Under the pieces are notes generated by a model that saw only the letters and a program-made list of their open reading frames with translations, was not told the origin of the DNA and did no database searches. From Raja brachyura (taxonomy: Eukaryota): a stretch of DNA of 64,000 nt. Positions 48,468-62,794 of this stretch are shown here, one piece after another. The DNA lies in assembly GCA_963514005.1 (NCBI GenBank), contig OY740782.1, forward strand, positions 84,072,001 through 84,136,000, given 5' to 3'. The position numbers and the translations under genes were made by a program. Numbering within the stretch: position 1 is the stretch's first letter; each line of letters starts with the position of its first letter.

Positions 48468-51400
48468 GAAACTAATTTTGAACAGCTGCACTACCTGTCT
48501 GTCACTATCTGTAAACTGCATTAACACTACTGAGCGATGTTTAATTGCACTTCGCAGAATACCTTTTTCCAGAAATGTTGGGAAACATTCCATTTATGCG
48601 GGTACTAGTGATTTTGTGAACGTAGCTTTTTTGTACACATTTTCACTTATCATGTGGACTGATGTTGTTCATGTTTGTTTCAGATGAGATAATATGGTAG
48701 TATATTGTTTTGTGGTAAGGGATTCCAAACTCCAGTATCGTACTAGTTTTCCCCTGCATGGATCTTTATGGAATTTGATATGACTAAATGCACTGCAGCT
48801 AGAGTATAGTTGCAGATAACTCACTGTTGCCTAAAGCTTAACTGATTCAATGTCCTTAGGGAAATTTCAGAATAGCTCTGAAGTGAAAAGTTAAGTCATA
48901 TTCTTTAACTGGAACCAAAATTCAAATATTAAGAAACTGACTGCTAGAGTCTCTCTCCTCCACCAACATCTGAATTATAACACTCTCATTATTTACTGTT
49001 TGTGAAAGTACCCAATGCCGCTAATTAAGGGAAATACAGATGAGTTGAAGTATGCTCTGTAGATTGAACAAACATGAATAAACTAGCGGTACACAAAAGG
49101 CTGGAGAAACTCAGCGGGTGCAACAGCATCTCAGGAGCGAAGGAGATAGGCGACGTTTCGGGTCGAGACCCTTCTTCAGACTGAAGAAGGGTCTCAACCC
49201 GAAACGTCGCCTATCTCTATCTGCAGTTCCTTCTTTAACACTATGAATAAACTAGCATTCTACAACATTTTGTCCACATAGGAATAAAGGTTTTAACAAC
49301 ATACTAACGTATTATCCAACAGCATTCTCAACCAGGTTGCCAATTCTAGCAGCACGTGTCGTACAGGTTGTTCCACAACAGTTCCAATCAGACAAATTGA
49401 AGAGACAGGCAGAGTTTAAGCAGAAACATTCACGTTTTGGCCATAAGGATTTATTTTCAAAGCTCGGAGTTGAGATATATGGGGGATTGGAAAAGGGCTC
49501 ACACCTGGCTATGGCTATGCTGCATCTTTCCTGAAAGTATTTAACAATGAACAGCAGTAGAAAAACATATTTCCCTCAACACCAAAATCATAATTGAGCA
49601 AAAAAAAATGAAATCATCAAATGGCATGGCCTTAGGTATTCCGTGATGTCGAATGGAATAGAATTTGTCTGTATGTTGCCAACTCAAAGTTGTCTTTCAG
49701 GGACCTTTTTTTATTGGGAATGTGCCTGTGCAAAATCCACTTCATACCAAATAGATAAACTGAAGTAATCCTTTTATTTAGCTTTTATCCATTTCTAATT
49801 ATCATAAACAATTTCCCATGGCTTGAGAGAGCTCTTATGTATATGGTGCTAATCAGTTTGCAAGTGGTGCTTTCATGCCTCCTGTGAGTGGAGCTATAAA
49901 CTCTGCAGCTTTATCTCTTCAAACTGTGGGAATAAATAATAGCATCAAAAATGTCAAATGTTAAATGCCTTGATATTGAGGTTCTTATAGTGCCATGTAT
50001 ATAGTTCACAAGTATCAGGAATGCATATTCTTCAAATACAGTAGTTCTTGATCAACATTGCTGACAAGGACATCGGGATCATAAGCCTCGTTGATTTAGT
50101 ATTTTTATGAGACAATTTTCCCATATTCTGCCAGTAATATTTTGCTGATGGAGTGAAGCTTTCAGTACAACTTTCTTTTATTATCTGACAGGAACATATC
50201 AATGGAAAATTGAAGTTTGGTGCAGAACTTTAAAAAAAAACATAGCCGGACTTACAAAATGACAGGTTGCTTCTGGCACCACTGAATCTAAGCTATTGTG
50301 TTTGTGATTTTTGTTTTCCATCCTGAAATATCTTCTACCTAAAACAAATCTTACAGCAAGAAACCTACAATAAAACTTTGTATCTAAATGAGATGAAGAG
50401 GGAGAAGTAAGGGGGAGGATCGTAAGGGGGAAAAGCATGAAGGGTATTAAGTGATTAAGCAGTACTTTTGAGAGAAAAAAATCCAAAATTTAAAAAAGCC
50501 TTGCCCTCCTAACAGAGCTTGATTGGAATGTTGCATACACTGTGTCAGTTCATTGTGGCCACGTTGAATGCCTTTGTAAAATAATATAAATCAAATCCAA
50601 ATGCCCAATAGTCATGACTTAGCTGAACTAAGGTTAAGAATATTGAATGCACAGACAATCAGACTGAAATAAACCATGTAGGGAGCCAGAACTCTAATTT
50701 TTATATGCAAAGTACATCAACTAGTATTGAATGATATAACTATGGAAAACAAGCCACTTTTATAGAATCATACCAGATGTTTGCACAGTTAATGAAATTT
50801 ATGATATTTCCTTGATATTTTTAATTAAAATGACCACTTGAAAAATAGAATTTAAAATGAAGCTAAAGTCACCTTTCCAATCTTATTACAATCATGTTTA
50901 AATGATAAATATATAATTGTTATGTAAATATGACAGTATGTTTGTACTGTAATGTCCATTGTGTAAAGGAAAATAGCATTGACAAAATGTGGCAAAAGAG
51001 CCTGAAGTTTGCACTGTAAGAAAATGGGTTGTGTTCTGTTTAAGAAGCTGTTAAATCTCTACAGAAATATTCCATAGAGTGAATTTTGCTCTACTCTTTA
51101 TATATAGATTTATAAGCTAGTATTTCTCATTGTATATCTATTAGAGTCTATGCTGCCTGCAGAGAAATGGCTCATGTATGAGCAGGAATGTTATGTGGAA
51201 ATAACTTGCATTTGTTGCTTGTAGGTTTAATGTATGCTCTACTGATCAATTTGCTTTCTTGTCATGTGGTCTTTAAATGGCTTGTATGTCCAATTTGAAT
51301 GTTTGTGATTTTAAAATTGTAACACTTTTCTAATACTTAAATGACAAAAAATGTGCTGTTGAGGTTTTAGTGAAACAACATGATGACTAAAATTGAACAT
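48468..51400 (+). other. THRB: Putative THRB 3' UTR (end uncertain)
   Basis: Follows the stop codon; largely repeat-free and U/A-rich, with several AATAAA (e.g. about 49078, 49247, 49931). Vertebrate THRB 3' UTRs are long. The end point is a guess. Confidence 0.5.
49088..49242. mobile_element. Penelope-type palindromic insertion in the THRB 3' UTR
   Basis: 14-bp TSD atgaataaactagc (49074-49087, 49243-49256); 37+1+37 nt palindrome at 49143-49217 with back-to-back hammerhead cores. Confidence 0.85.
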
Positions 51401-52209
51401 CCTTTATACTATAGGGAACAGAAGTTGAATGCAGTATACTAAAGAAAGGAAAGTGTTTAATTTAATATATAGCACTTGTATCAAAATTATTTGCCAACTG
51501 TTCAGTTTGGGTTGTTGAAATTTGGCTTGGGTTACCAGCATTAGCACTAAAAAGATACTTTATAGACCCACAGCTCCATCTCGGTCCCTGGGAACTACCC
51601 AAGGCTGAACTAGACCACTCATTCCCTTGGTGTGATGCTTGACCCAAGACTAGTTCAAAAACACATTTCTGTGCCATTGCCATGACACCCTATTTGCACC
51701 TTAGAAACATTACTTGCATCTCGCATACAGAAACCCTCATCTTTGTTACCTTTAAATTCTTTAACAGGCTCAAGCTTCTATTGCCCATTATTTTCAGTAA
51801 GTCCAAGTTGCCATTCACTTCTGTGAACATTGACGAGTGTTGGTGCATAGTTACACAATGCCTGACTAACAAATTCACATGTTAATTTAACAAATTGCCC
51901 ACTGGCCTTTCCCACCTCTATCTGCACTCTTTGAATTTTGGTCTCTTAAGCATCACTCCACCACTGGCAGCTGTGCCGTTCTTTGATAAAAACCTAAGCT
52001 CTGGAACTACTCCCCAAAATCTTTTCATTTAACTCCTGCTGAGAAATTCATTTCAAGGTTTTAGCACTGAAGGTGCCGTGTAGTTGTTTAAGCACATTGA
52101 GCTCTGCCTCTCAAATTCATTCCAATGATATCGATACAATGAATTTCAGAGGCAGGATACAATTCACTGATGTGACGATATGGAGCTTATTGCACTACAG
52201 ACCAGGTAT

Positions 52210-52846
52210 AGGGCCTGTCCCACTGTGGCGACCTAATTCACGACTTTGGAAGAGTTTGCCCTCGACTCATACTCCCAGCATGGTCGACATGAGGTCCTAG
52301 GAGGTCTTTGTAAGTATTCTTCATGCTCGAGAGTAGTCCCCGCGTACTCGAGGCCTCAGCTAGGTCGCAGCGTATTTTTCAACATGCTGAAAAATGCCTG
52401 CGAGTAAAAAAAGGTCGACATGGAAAAAATCGACATTTTTTTCTCATAGGTTTAGCCAAGGTAGGTCGTAATGCTATCGAAGGTAAAGCTCGTTGAGAAA
52501 AAAAAGGTAAGTAAACCGACCGGTAATGTTAAATGCCCGCTAAACTTTATTAAAAGTTGTCTGGCTTCTTAAAAGTGTCTCCACTCCTTCTCTCCCCCTC
52601 TCTCCCTTTTTCTCCTCCCCCCCTCTCCGCGCTCTCTAACCGACTTATTGAACTGTGCCAGCCGTCTTTTACCTTCCCCGCTTTCCCTGGCCCCCGCCTT
52701 TGCGATGTGTGTGTGTGTGTGTGCAGACGGTCGATCTGGCTTGCGGTTTCATCGCTGACGGTCGATTCGAGTTTTTTCAGGCGAGTGCCCTCAAGCTTGA
52801 AGGTCGAAGACAGTCGCTGAAAAGTCACGCTAGTGGGACAGGCCCT
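52210..52846. mobile_element. PIF/Harbinger-like MITE
   Basis: TIRs agggcctgtcccact / agtgggacaggccct; 3-bp TSD tat on both sides. Confidence 0.88.
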
Positions 52847-55184
52847 TATGAATTTCTGGGCATTCGTCTCTTTGATAAAATGTGTAAACCGTACGATTCT
52901 CAAGTATCTGTTCTGAAATCTCTTCATATCATAGTCATAGAGTGATGCAGTGTGGAAACAGACCCTTTGGCCCAACTTGCCCACATTGACCAACATGTCC
53001 CAGCTACATTAGTCCCACCTGCCTGCGTTTGGTCGATATCCTTCCAAACCTGTCCTATCCATGTACCTGTCTAACTGTGTCCCAGCAACAAATATTTATA
53101 TAGTCCCTAATGTACCAAGATACAAAATACTCCATTGGCCATTGATCTAACATGGCTGGAGATAGATAATGTCCAGTTTCCTTACCAAAATGGAAAAATG
53201 TGGCTTAATAATGTCATGAAAATACTGTATAAATTGTTAGAATTATTTTTATCATCCAATACAATACAGAGATTTTGGAGGAGTTATGGTAATTAATATA
53301 TTTATCTTTACTGTGGCCTGCAACTGGATCTCAATAGAATTATGGTTTTAAAAAGAAAACTTGCGTATAGTCACTTTCTTGACTCAACGTCTCCAAAGAC
53401 CTTTCCCAATTAGGCAGATACTTGAATGTTCCTGTCCTTCCTCTCAAGTAAAATAATATTTAGTGGGTGATTAAATGTTGATAATTAGAATCTACTTTAA
53501 ATGCTCAGATGTTTTAATCGAATTCTCTTATGTTCCATTACATTAAATGAGAACTATATATAAAACTGTATTTTATTATAAAATATAACAAATGTGAATG
53601 TTGATTAAAAAAAAGGTCCCTGAATCAAATTAGAGAGCCCGTATGCACTGCAGCCAATGAGCAGGCTGTCCCATTCCCACACTGTTCAAGGTTTTGGACA
53701 AGGAGATCCATCTAATTGACAGCCAAGTTCAAACCTTAGAGCAATTTATTTTTCTCCGATTTTTTTCCGATTTATTTGTGTACCACATTTAATGGTATTT
53801 TCAGTTTAATATTAGTCAGTATGGTTCTCAGATGGGAGATCAATTATGAAACTTAAACTAAAATGTATCATTTTTTTTAGAAGGAATTTTTTTTAAATCA
53901 CCAATTCAATGAAATTTATTGCACACTGCCCTTTGCCCTTCCAAGTGCAGTTCACAATGTATTATTGACAGTAATGATTTACTGTTTACATGTAGCGTTT
54001 GTGGTAGCATGTTGTCTTGTCTCAATGTTAGTCCACTCTCAATAAGACTTTAAGATGGATTACCAGTTAGAAATGAGATGAGAAATATTTGGGTAAAGAA
54101 AATAAATAACTTGCACTGCAGTCTCCACTGGATGTGGAGACAGGAAATTATAACCCTCTTAGCCAGCTGATGACTAATACTAGGAAGCTTATGCAAAATA
54201 GTCAGTGGACCCTTGAGTATGCCGATGGGTCCCAATATTTTGCAAAAATTGGTCAGCAGAGAAGCTTGGCAGAGTTTGCCTGGCTTTATCGTAGCCTCAC
54301 AGGCAGTCCCTCAGGGCTTAATGGAGGCTGCCAAGAATAGTTAAGTGTGGGTTTTCAATGGAGCCGAAAGCTATTTTCAATAAACAATAGCTTTTTTTCT
54401 TGTAAGTCAGCAAACTGCTTCACACAGTATAACTGCTCTCAAAAGACCTCTGATATTACATAAATGAGAAAAGCAACCTAATTTGAAACGAGGCCCTAAA
54501 CTTAAAACATTCCAGATCCAAGTCAGGTCAGGAGATGATACAAAGTAAAGTTTTCCCCAGGCATTTTGTGTCTTGGTTGCAAAGAGGGAAAGTTGCTGTT
54601 GCTCAAAACCCGGTTATGGCTCTTATCAGAGGGTTATGGAAACTAAAAAGTTGAAATAAATAAAATGTACTTCAGATTTTAAATTAGAATTGGATTTTAA
54701 CTGTTGTATTTGAGTATAACTATGACATGTGTGTCATTTACTTTACTTAAAATGTAGTTAAAATACATAATTCTCCAACTGAATTCTAAAGTCCTATAAA
54801 AGATTAATCTTGACATTACAGGAAAAGAAAATGGTTGGATTTAGAGGTATACAGACTTGTACTCATTTACTTTATTTAGTAATCTTCATTTAGTATAAGT
54901 TATCCATTGCTTTTCTTCATTATCAACTTCCTTTGAGATTTTCTGGGGGTTCTGTTTCCCGTTAAAGCACTATTTATAAGCTAAAACGACAGAAAATTCT
55001 CTCTGAAAGATTATTTTATATTTCGTGTTCATAAAACAAGGCAGCTTGGTATTATATTACCATTCAGATGCAAATAATTTAATCCCTGCCTTGGACTAGA
55101 AAAATTAAACATTTATTGACATTTTGTGCATTAATGTCCCCTTTTCAAATGTTGCTTCTTTTAAAATTCAGTTATTCAGCAGGT

Positions 55185-55860
55185 CCAGCAGCAACTGTGG
55201 AGGGAATGGACAGATGCCATTTTGGTCCGGACCCTTCTTCACACTGATTAGGGGAAGGGGGAGAATGCTAGAAAAGAGAGATGGAGTGGCACTGTCTGGC
55301 AAATAACAGGTGGAAACAGGTGATGGGAGGGAAGGTTGGCAAATGGGTGACAAAGGCTAAAGGTCAAAAAGAGACAAAAGAGTGTCAGATAAGTATAGAA
55401 GATGACTAAAATGTAAAGGTAGAGGGAGGGGTATGGGTGAACGGGGCAGGGACATGGATGAGAGATGAATGAGGGGAAAATAGCTTGATGACTGGGAGGG
55501 TGGGAGGTGGAAGAATGTGCACTCGCCATTGTGGGGAGGGGAGGGCATTGGAAAGATAGAGGGGTATTACTTGAAATTGGAGAATGCAATGTTCTTACCA
55601 TTGGGTTATCCAACACCCTTTTGACCTTTTCACCTCTAGTCTGTCACCTAATCAACCCATTTGCCACACAACCCCCTCCCCCCTTCTGCATCCACCTATC
55701 ACTTGCCAATCTTTGTTCTGCCACCACCTCTTCCCCCCCCCCTCACTTTTCTTCCCCCTACTACAATGTCTAAAGAAGGGTCCCAATTCCCTTCCCACCA
55801 CAGATGTTGCTCGGCTCAATTAGTTCTTCTAGTACTTCCAGCACCTGCAATTTCATGTAA
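55185..55860. mobile_element. Decayed Penelope-type element, inverted structure
   Basis: acccttcttcacact at left and tctaaagaagggtccc at right; purine-rich arm mirrored by a pyrimidine-rich arm. Confidence 0.5.
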
Positions 55861-56369
55861 TTCCAGTTCTTAATTTGTTATGCATAGGAGGCTTTCTTCT
55901 CCAGTAAAATGTAAATGTTCCCATTATTCCTATATGGGATTTGACAATATATATGACAACAGAATTGTTTCAACATCTTTGCCATCATTGTGAAGCTCAA
56001 TGCTGCTACATTATTTCCTTGTTCAAATTGTGCATATCTAACAGGATATTGAGGGATTGCACCATCCTTTGATTTTCTGACCTAGTGACCCTCTATCACA
56101 CCACTCAGAAGATTTAGCATACAAATTAGTTTACTACATGGAGAACTGCACCTAAAACCAGCAATGTTTAGCATACCTGTAACCTCCAGTATTTCACCCA
56201 TGTAAGTTCAACTGAACCTTTATAATCATATGCTGGCTTTCTTTTTTAGTAATTCAGGTTTTTTTGTAAAAGAATATCACTGAACCTTTGTTCCACATTG
56301 CTGAAGTGTTAAAGGTGTTTTTTTAAACATGCATTTTACTACGTTCGATCCTGTTTATGTGTGACTGAA

Positions 56370-57430
56370 CTTCAAATTCTTTGAGATTGTGACTAGAGGA
56401 GTAGATAAGAGGGGATCATGTGGATGAGGTGTATTTAGATTTTCAGAAAGCCTTTGATAAGATCCCACAGAGGAATTTGGCCAACAAGGAATGGGAATAA
56501 TATACAGGCATGAATTAAGAATTAGTTAACAGCCAGAAAGAATAAATGGTAATGTTCAGATCTTTCTCAGGTTAGCAAGCTGTGACCAGTGGGTACTACA
56601 TGGTTGGTACTTGACAATCCACATCAGCGATTTGACTGAACAAAACCAAATGTTACATTGCGATGGTAAGGAGGGAATATTAGCAGCAATGTGCGAATCA
56701 GAAATGTGTGAAATATAATGTACAAAACTGCGAGACCGTCCACTCGTTGGACAAAACAGAAAAGTTATGTCTTTTTTTTAAAAGGCAGATTGAGAAATGG
56801 GACTTGAATATCCTTGTGCACAAATCACAGAGCTAATATGAAATGTAGCAGACAGTTATGAAGGCAAATGAACGTTATTGCAGGAAGATTTGAGTATCTT
56901 ACTGCAATTATAAAAGGCATTGAGAGTATCTGAAGTATTGTGTGCAGTTTTGGTCACCATACCTTAAAAAGGATGCACTTTCACAGATGAAGTACTGTGA
57001 AGATTCACCAAACTGGTTTCAGGGATGGTGGAGCTGCCATAGATTGAATAGACTAGACCTCCCTTTTCTGGAGTTTAGGAAAGTAAATTTCTTCTCATTG
57101 ACAAAATTCTTACAGGGCTAAACTGAAGAGATGCAGTTACAATGCTTCACCTGACTGAGGGGTCCAGAACCAGTGGTCACAGTCTCAGAATAAGGGCAGA
57201 CCACTTGAAAGAAGGAGAAAATCCCTTTCAAGGAGTGGAGTCTTTGGAAGTTTTTTTTTACCCCACAGGACTGTGGAAACTCAGTCTTAGTGTTAATTCC
57301 AAACAGAGATCTATAAATTTATGGGTATCATGTGACGAGATACTGCAGGAAAGTTGTGTTTAGCCAGGATATTAATGAATGGTGGACTGGTTCAAGGAGC
57401 TGAATGCTCCTAATTTATATACTCTTATGA
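56370..57430 (+). mobile_element. Old CR1 RT fragment
   Basis: gtgtatttagattttcagaaagcctttgataag (VYLDFQKAFDK), gaagtattgtgtgcagttttggtcacca (EYCVQFWSP), GHSLRIR. Confidence 0.8.
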
Positions 57431-58860
57431 CCTTACTGACCGTATATCAAGCATAAAATTTAATGTCCCCATTGAAAATAAATCTACACAATGTGCAGAG
57501 GTAGTTGAAGTTATTATACCATAGCCCAGCAAAATAAGCTGTCTTTGATCCTCTGAACAGGGATTAGAAAATGGTTCTTACAAATCCGCAAATGGTAGAT
57601 AGATAAATGGTACCAATGGTAGGTAGACAAATGGTACACGTGATAGATGCAAAATCAAGTTTTTAACCAAAATTACTTTGGTAATAAAAATTGAAGATTC
57701 TGGAAATACCATGTCCGACAGCATTGTGGAGATAGAAAGAGGATTATCATTTCATGTTGGTGCCCTTTCATCAGAACTGTTTTTACTGTCTTTCATTAGC
57801 TGCTTCTCTATCAATGCTGTCTGACCTGCTGAGTATTTCAAATATGTTTGTTTAAGTTCAGATTTAAAGTATCTTCGTTGGGATATTTAAGTCTGTGATG
57901 TTTGTGTATCTTCGAGTATACTGTTGATCCTTTTATTTGGTTCCTCTGGAACTGTTAAATAAATCTTAATGACATTAATTTTTTCATCAACTGTTGAATG
58001 TGCAGGAACCAAACCCCTGCATTCATGAGTCTATGTGATCAACAGAAATCTTGCATGAATAGACTGACTAACATTTGCTGATATTCAGGAAAAATTGTTA
58101 GAATCCAAATAAAATTATACTTATTTACCGCTTGAAAACTCTGGAATTAACAGCCCTCAACTGCTTTAAAAAAAAAGCAGTAAAACTGGTGCAATTGTGA
58201 TTTTCTGTAATTTTGCTATTTAATGGCACATTAATGCTTATAGCTGGTGATCCTTTATGTAAATGATGATGAACTAAAGGTATTTTTTCATAAATGTAAA
58301 TGCACAACCCCCCAAAAATTAAATGTCAGTAACTAAGCTGGGCTGACAATTGCTGAATCACTCTTTATGAATGATAGGGATTTATATTTGCACACTGTGA
58401 AGGAAGAGGGATACAATGCAGTTGCATACGATAAAATATTGTTGGGATAGTTGCTGTTGACAATCATTTCATGTAATGAGTATCAAATATGTTTTAGTAA
58501 TGGTGCAGAACAATATTTTATGTAATTGCGATGCTGTATTTTAGTATAGATATTTTATGTAATAAAATCCATTTGTCTCTCAATCTTTGTCACGGTTGTA
58601 TCTACAATTCTTTAATTATTAGCAATTTTGAATAGGAATAACAAGAACAGAGCAAAGGAGTTACTGGAATCAAATATGAATTTGCCATCATCTATCTGAA
58701 TAATGAAAGCCTGGGTCTTCAGTGCAAGGAGCTAGACAGTATTTGCAAGAATTACTTGCAACAATAAATAAGGCTTTAGTAAGACTAAACTGGAAGTACG
58801 TTGTAATTTTGATCCTATTTGGAAGTTTACACCTATAGAGTGATAGAGCCTGGAAACAGG

Positions 58861-59007
58861 CGCTGGGGTGGAAGATTGCAACCTTCACGTGGTCCGCCCT
58901 GTTTTGACGAATGAAATTAACCTGGCGTGCACAATCAAGTAAGATCAAACAGAACAAGTTGTCGCACTACTTTAGGCTGTGCACGCCATATGCAAGAAAT
59001 AGAAGAA
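58861..59007 (+). mobile_element. Short retro-inserted element (intact copy of the DIRS-split element)
   Basis: cgctggggtggaagattg...ttaggctgtgcacgccatatgcaagaaatagaagaa; TSD gaaacagg (58853-58860, 59008-59015); inserted in a V-SINE tail. Confidence 0.8.
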
Positions 59008-61514
59008 GAAACAGGCCCTTTGGCTCAACAAGACTGGACCAACTGAAGTAAGCATTTTATTCATCCCAAATTCCCATCAACTCCTCCTCCACATTCAACC
59101 ATTTACCACGTGCTGTAGGCAATGTATGGACACCAAATTGTACATCTTTGGGATGTGTGCAGAAGCCCACAATATCACAGGGAGAAGTTTTGAAATCTCC
59201 ACATAGGCTACACCCGACGTAAGAATTAAACCTGGTTCACCTTGGCTGTGGGTCAGGAGATATAACAGCAGGGCCACTGTACCTTGGAGGCAATTGACTA
59301 TGCTAAATCAGTCCCTAAAGTGAAATGGGTATTGTACAACAGCTTTGGCTTTGTGAACTTTAGAAGAGATTGAAACATGTGGAAGTAGTATAATGGATGC
59401 CAAGAGGATGCAGTCTTCATTTCACTTTTATTAGAATTCAGAACCAAAATCGGAGTCTCAGATTAAAGCAAGGAGAAATTTATTGATGAACACAAGGATG
59501 AGGCGTGAAACTAGATCTGGAGATGTGAGAAAAGAGTATTGACAATATGGCAGAACAAGCTGGCGTAGAGGACACCTAGTGTACTCATTGTTTTCCCATG
59601 TTCAGAAAGTGTATTCACCATAGTGCTTGTGGGTTAGAAGCAGCAGTGGTGCTTTCCCCAGTTAATTTACCTTATTTGTTTCTTTCACTTCATTCCACTT
59701 TCACTGTGCTCCCTATTCAACCCACAGTTGTCCCGGTGCATTTGATCCCTGTTATCTCCATTGCTGTGTAATCAATCAAAATCTCTCCCCCACTGAGCAG
59801 TCTATTCTGATTAGGCACAAATTGTTGAACTACATAAATCGGACAGCCTTTCAACATCAAAAACAGCAATAAACCCATGTTGTCTGTGCCAGTCACTGAA
59901 TATTTTTTCTGCACTAATTTTCACGATCCTCCCTGCACTTGTCGTGGTTTCAAGACTCAAATTTGGATACAGACACAGAGAATTCTTCAAGAAGACGAAA
60001 AGCCTTTATTTGCAAATATTGGCTGGAGCAGTCAGAGAGGACACCTTGGCCTGTTCTCTAATTGCTCAAAAATACACAGAACCAGGCAGCTCTTTATTAC
60101 AGTTTTTCAGTCTTATCTTTGCTTCATTATCTGCATGCTGTACTCCTTTTGCATCAATCTACCTTCAAGACTAATCTCTTCTGTCCTGCCACCATTATGT
60201 TTCGGCCTTGGTTCAGTCTCCATACCTCCCCTCATTATTTCTCCTTGTTTGCCACCCTTATGTTTAACTTCTAATCTCTCAGCTACCTTCTGCCCCCATT
60301 AAGTTTTAGCTACAGTTACAGGGTTACACCATATTACACTGTTACATATTGGTTTACATGTTTTACACAAAGATACAAATGTATTTATTAAGAGTACAAA
60401 GCAAAAGTAAAAGTAAAAATAAGTAACTTGTTTACTAAATAAAAAGACAATACTAAATAAAGAGACTTAATACTAAATAAAAATACTTAATTAAGTGCTG
60501 CTGACTAACTAACAAACAAGCACGTGAATAAGTATGGAGCTGATGTCTGATTACATAAAATAGCTGACATCTCTGCTGCTGGCTGTGATAAATGTTTTTA
60601 ATTAAGGTCTAAGTCTCTAAAACTTCCATACACTCTCAGCAATTCTATCCTCACACAGATTGAGAGGGAGGGGTGGCAGTCGCGGCCAATTAAACTACAA
60701 ATTCACACATCATTGGGGCGAGGGAGGAAACCGTAGCACTCGGGGAAAACCCATGAGTCCACAGGGAAGACATGTAAAGACCAGCCAGCACCTGGAGTCA
60801 GGGTTGAACTCTGGTTGCTAGAGCTGCAAAGCAAGCCGCAAATGATTTCTCTTGTGCTGCCTATTTCCCCATCTTTCAGGTATAAATCTTAATGATAAAA
60901 TTATCCCACTTAACATTGGCAGGATATACAAACAACCCGTATTTCTGGTTTTTCTATCTCAAACTAACATAGCATAGTAAAATGAATTAACACCAATCGG
61001 TATTAACTACTTAATATTACAAAATAAGAGACGTCTGGTTTACAACAGCCATTAAAATAGCAGAGAACTTTGCAACAAGTGGTTTAAATGTTCATGTGAT
61101 CACTTCTCAGTTCTCACTGCATAGCCAAATTACTTGTCTAGTTTCATGGAACTAGAATACAATCAACAACAATCCTGCGCAAAAGATCCATCAACACTGG
61201 TCTTAGCCCGGATTTAAAAAATGAACCGTTGGGTATTTTTGAATCCAAATAAGTAACAATTTAACGGTTCAGATTGGCTTAAAAATCAATTTCCAAATGT
61301 CAAGTCAAGTCAAGAGAGTTTATTGTCATGTGTCCCAGATAGGACAATGAAATTCTTGCTTGCTGCAACACTACAGAATATTTTAAGCAAAAAAAACAGT
61401 TCAGTTCAGTACACACATTCATTATGTGTTATTGAATTCCTCGTTTGCACCAGGAATTCAGTAAAGGCATAATATTTTGAACTCAAGTTTAGAAGGAAAG
61501 ACTAAGGGGAAAGA

Positions 61515-62070
61515 GTCAAGTCAAGTTTATTCGTCACATACGCATACAAGATGTGCAGTGAAATGAAAAGTGGCAATGCTTGCAGATTGTGCAATAAAAA
61601 CTACAAAACAGAATAGAACAGAATCAGTAATTACATATTTATGAGAAAAAAACAGCATTATAAAAAGACACAGCACAACAGTAAATTGGTGCAGTAAGTT
61701 AGTCTTGGTGAGATGAGAGTTTACTGTCCTAATGGCCTCTGGGAAGAAACGCTTTCTCATCCTCTCTGTTTTCACAGCATGACAGCAGAGGCGTTTGCCT
61801 GACCGTAGCAGCTGGAACAGTCTGGTGCTGGGGGTGGAAGGGGTCCCCCATAATGTTGCTGGCTCTGGATCTGCACCTTCTGATGTATAGTTCCTGCAGA
61901 GGGGCGAGTGTAGTTCCCATAGTCCCATAGTGCGTTCAGCTGATCGCACTACTCTCTGCAGAGCCCTCTTGTCCTGGGCAGAGCAGTTCCCAAAACCAGA
62001 TTGTGATGTTTCCAGACAAGATGCTTTCTACAGCCACCGAGTAGAAGCACTGGAGGATCTTCAGAGAGGT
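61515..62070 (-). mobile_element. Rex1/Babar-like LINE 3' end
   Basis: RSAERTMG...LFQLLRSGKR...TERMRKRFFPEAIR; (agtca)n tail. Confidence 0.8.
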
Positions 62071-62794
62071 AAAGGTGCTGCCTTGCCTTACTCACCGTAA
62101 GGGTGTATTCACCGTATATGATGACCACATGGTGCTTAAAGTAGTGATTGTGTTAATTTAATTTGTTGAGTATCAAGCATACCTATCATGCAACATTTGT
62201 TTAATTTAGATTCCCTTTAATTAATCTGTACACACACTGGGAGTAATTAGCACTTCTTCATTAAAGCAAGGACCAGGTAATAATTTACCTTCACTTGTTT
62301 TAACTCTTTTCTCACCCTTGAAAACAAGTTGCAACATGTGCAGCAAGTTGTCAAACACCTGCTGATTCCTCGTGCAGCTGTTAGATCAACATACTGAGTC
62401 ACAATGCGCACCATGGGTTTTGTTTGAACTTTTTCCTTTCTTAAAAGAAACTTGCGGAAAGCATGTCCCAACTTTCTCATTCCCGTTTAGAATGAGCCGT
62501 CAGGAAAGAGGCAGTAGAGTTGGGTAGAGGTCTCAAGAGCCAGCAGTTTGGCTTTCCATATTAAGGAACAGTTGCAAGAGAAATCACAGCCACCCTACTA
62601 AAACATTTTGAAATCACAGCCTCACTCTTTGCAATTGAGCTTTTCTCCTGCACCAGGCACCGAACTGCCAAAGCCCACCCACCAACCAGACATCCACATC
62701 TTCCTATCTGCTATTCAGCAATTGATAAGCAGGACTCCACCATTGACATACAGTACCTTGAGCACCAGCCACGGGTATGGAGCGATGGGATTCC

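Noticed and set aside
48790-54120. Recurrent TGCACTG (miR-148/152 and miR-130-type seed matches)
   Set aside because: Seed-length matches are expected by chance, the UTR end is unknown, and conservation cannot be tested here.
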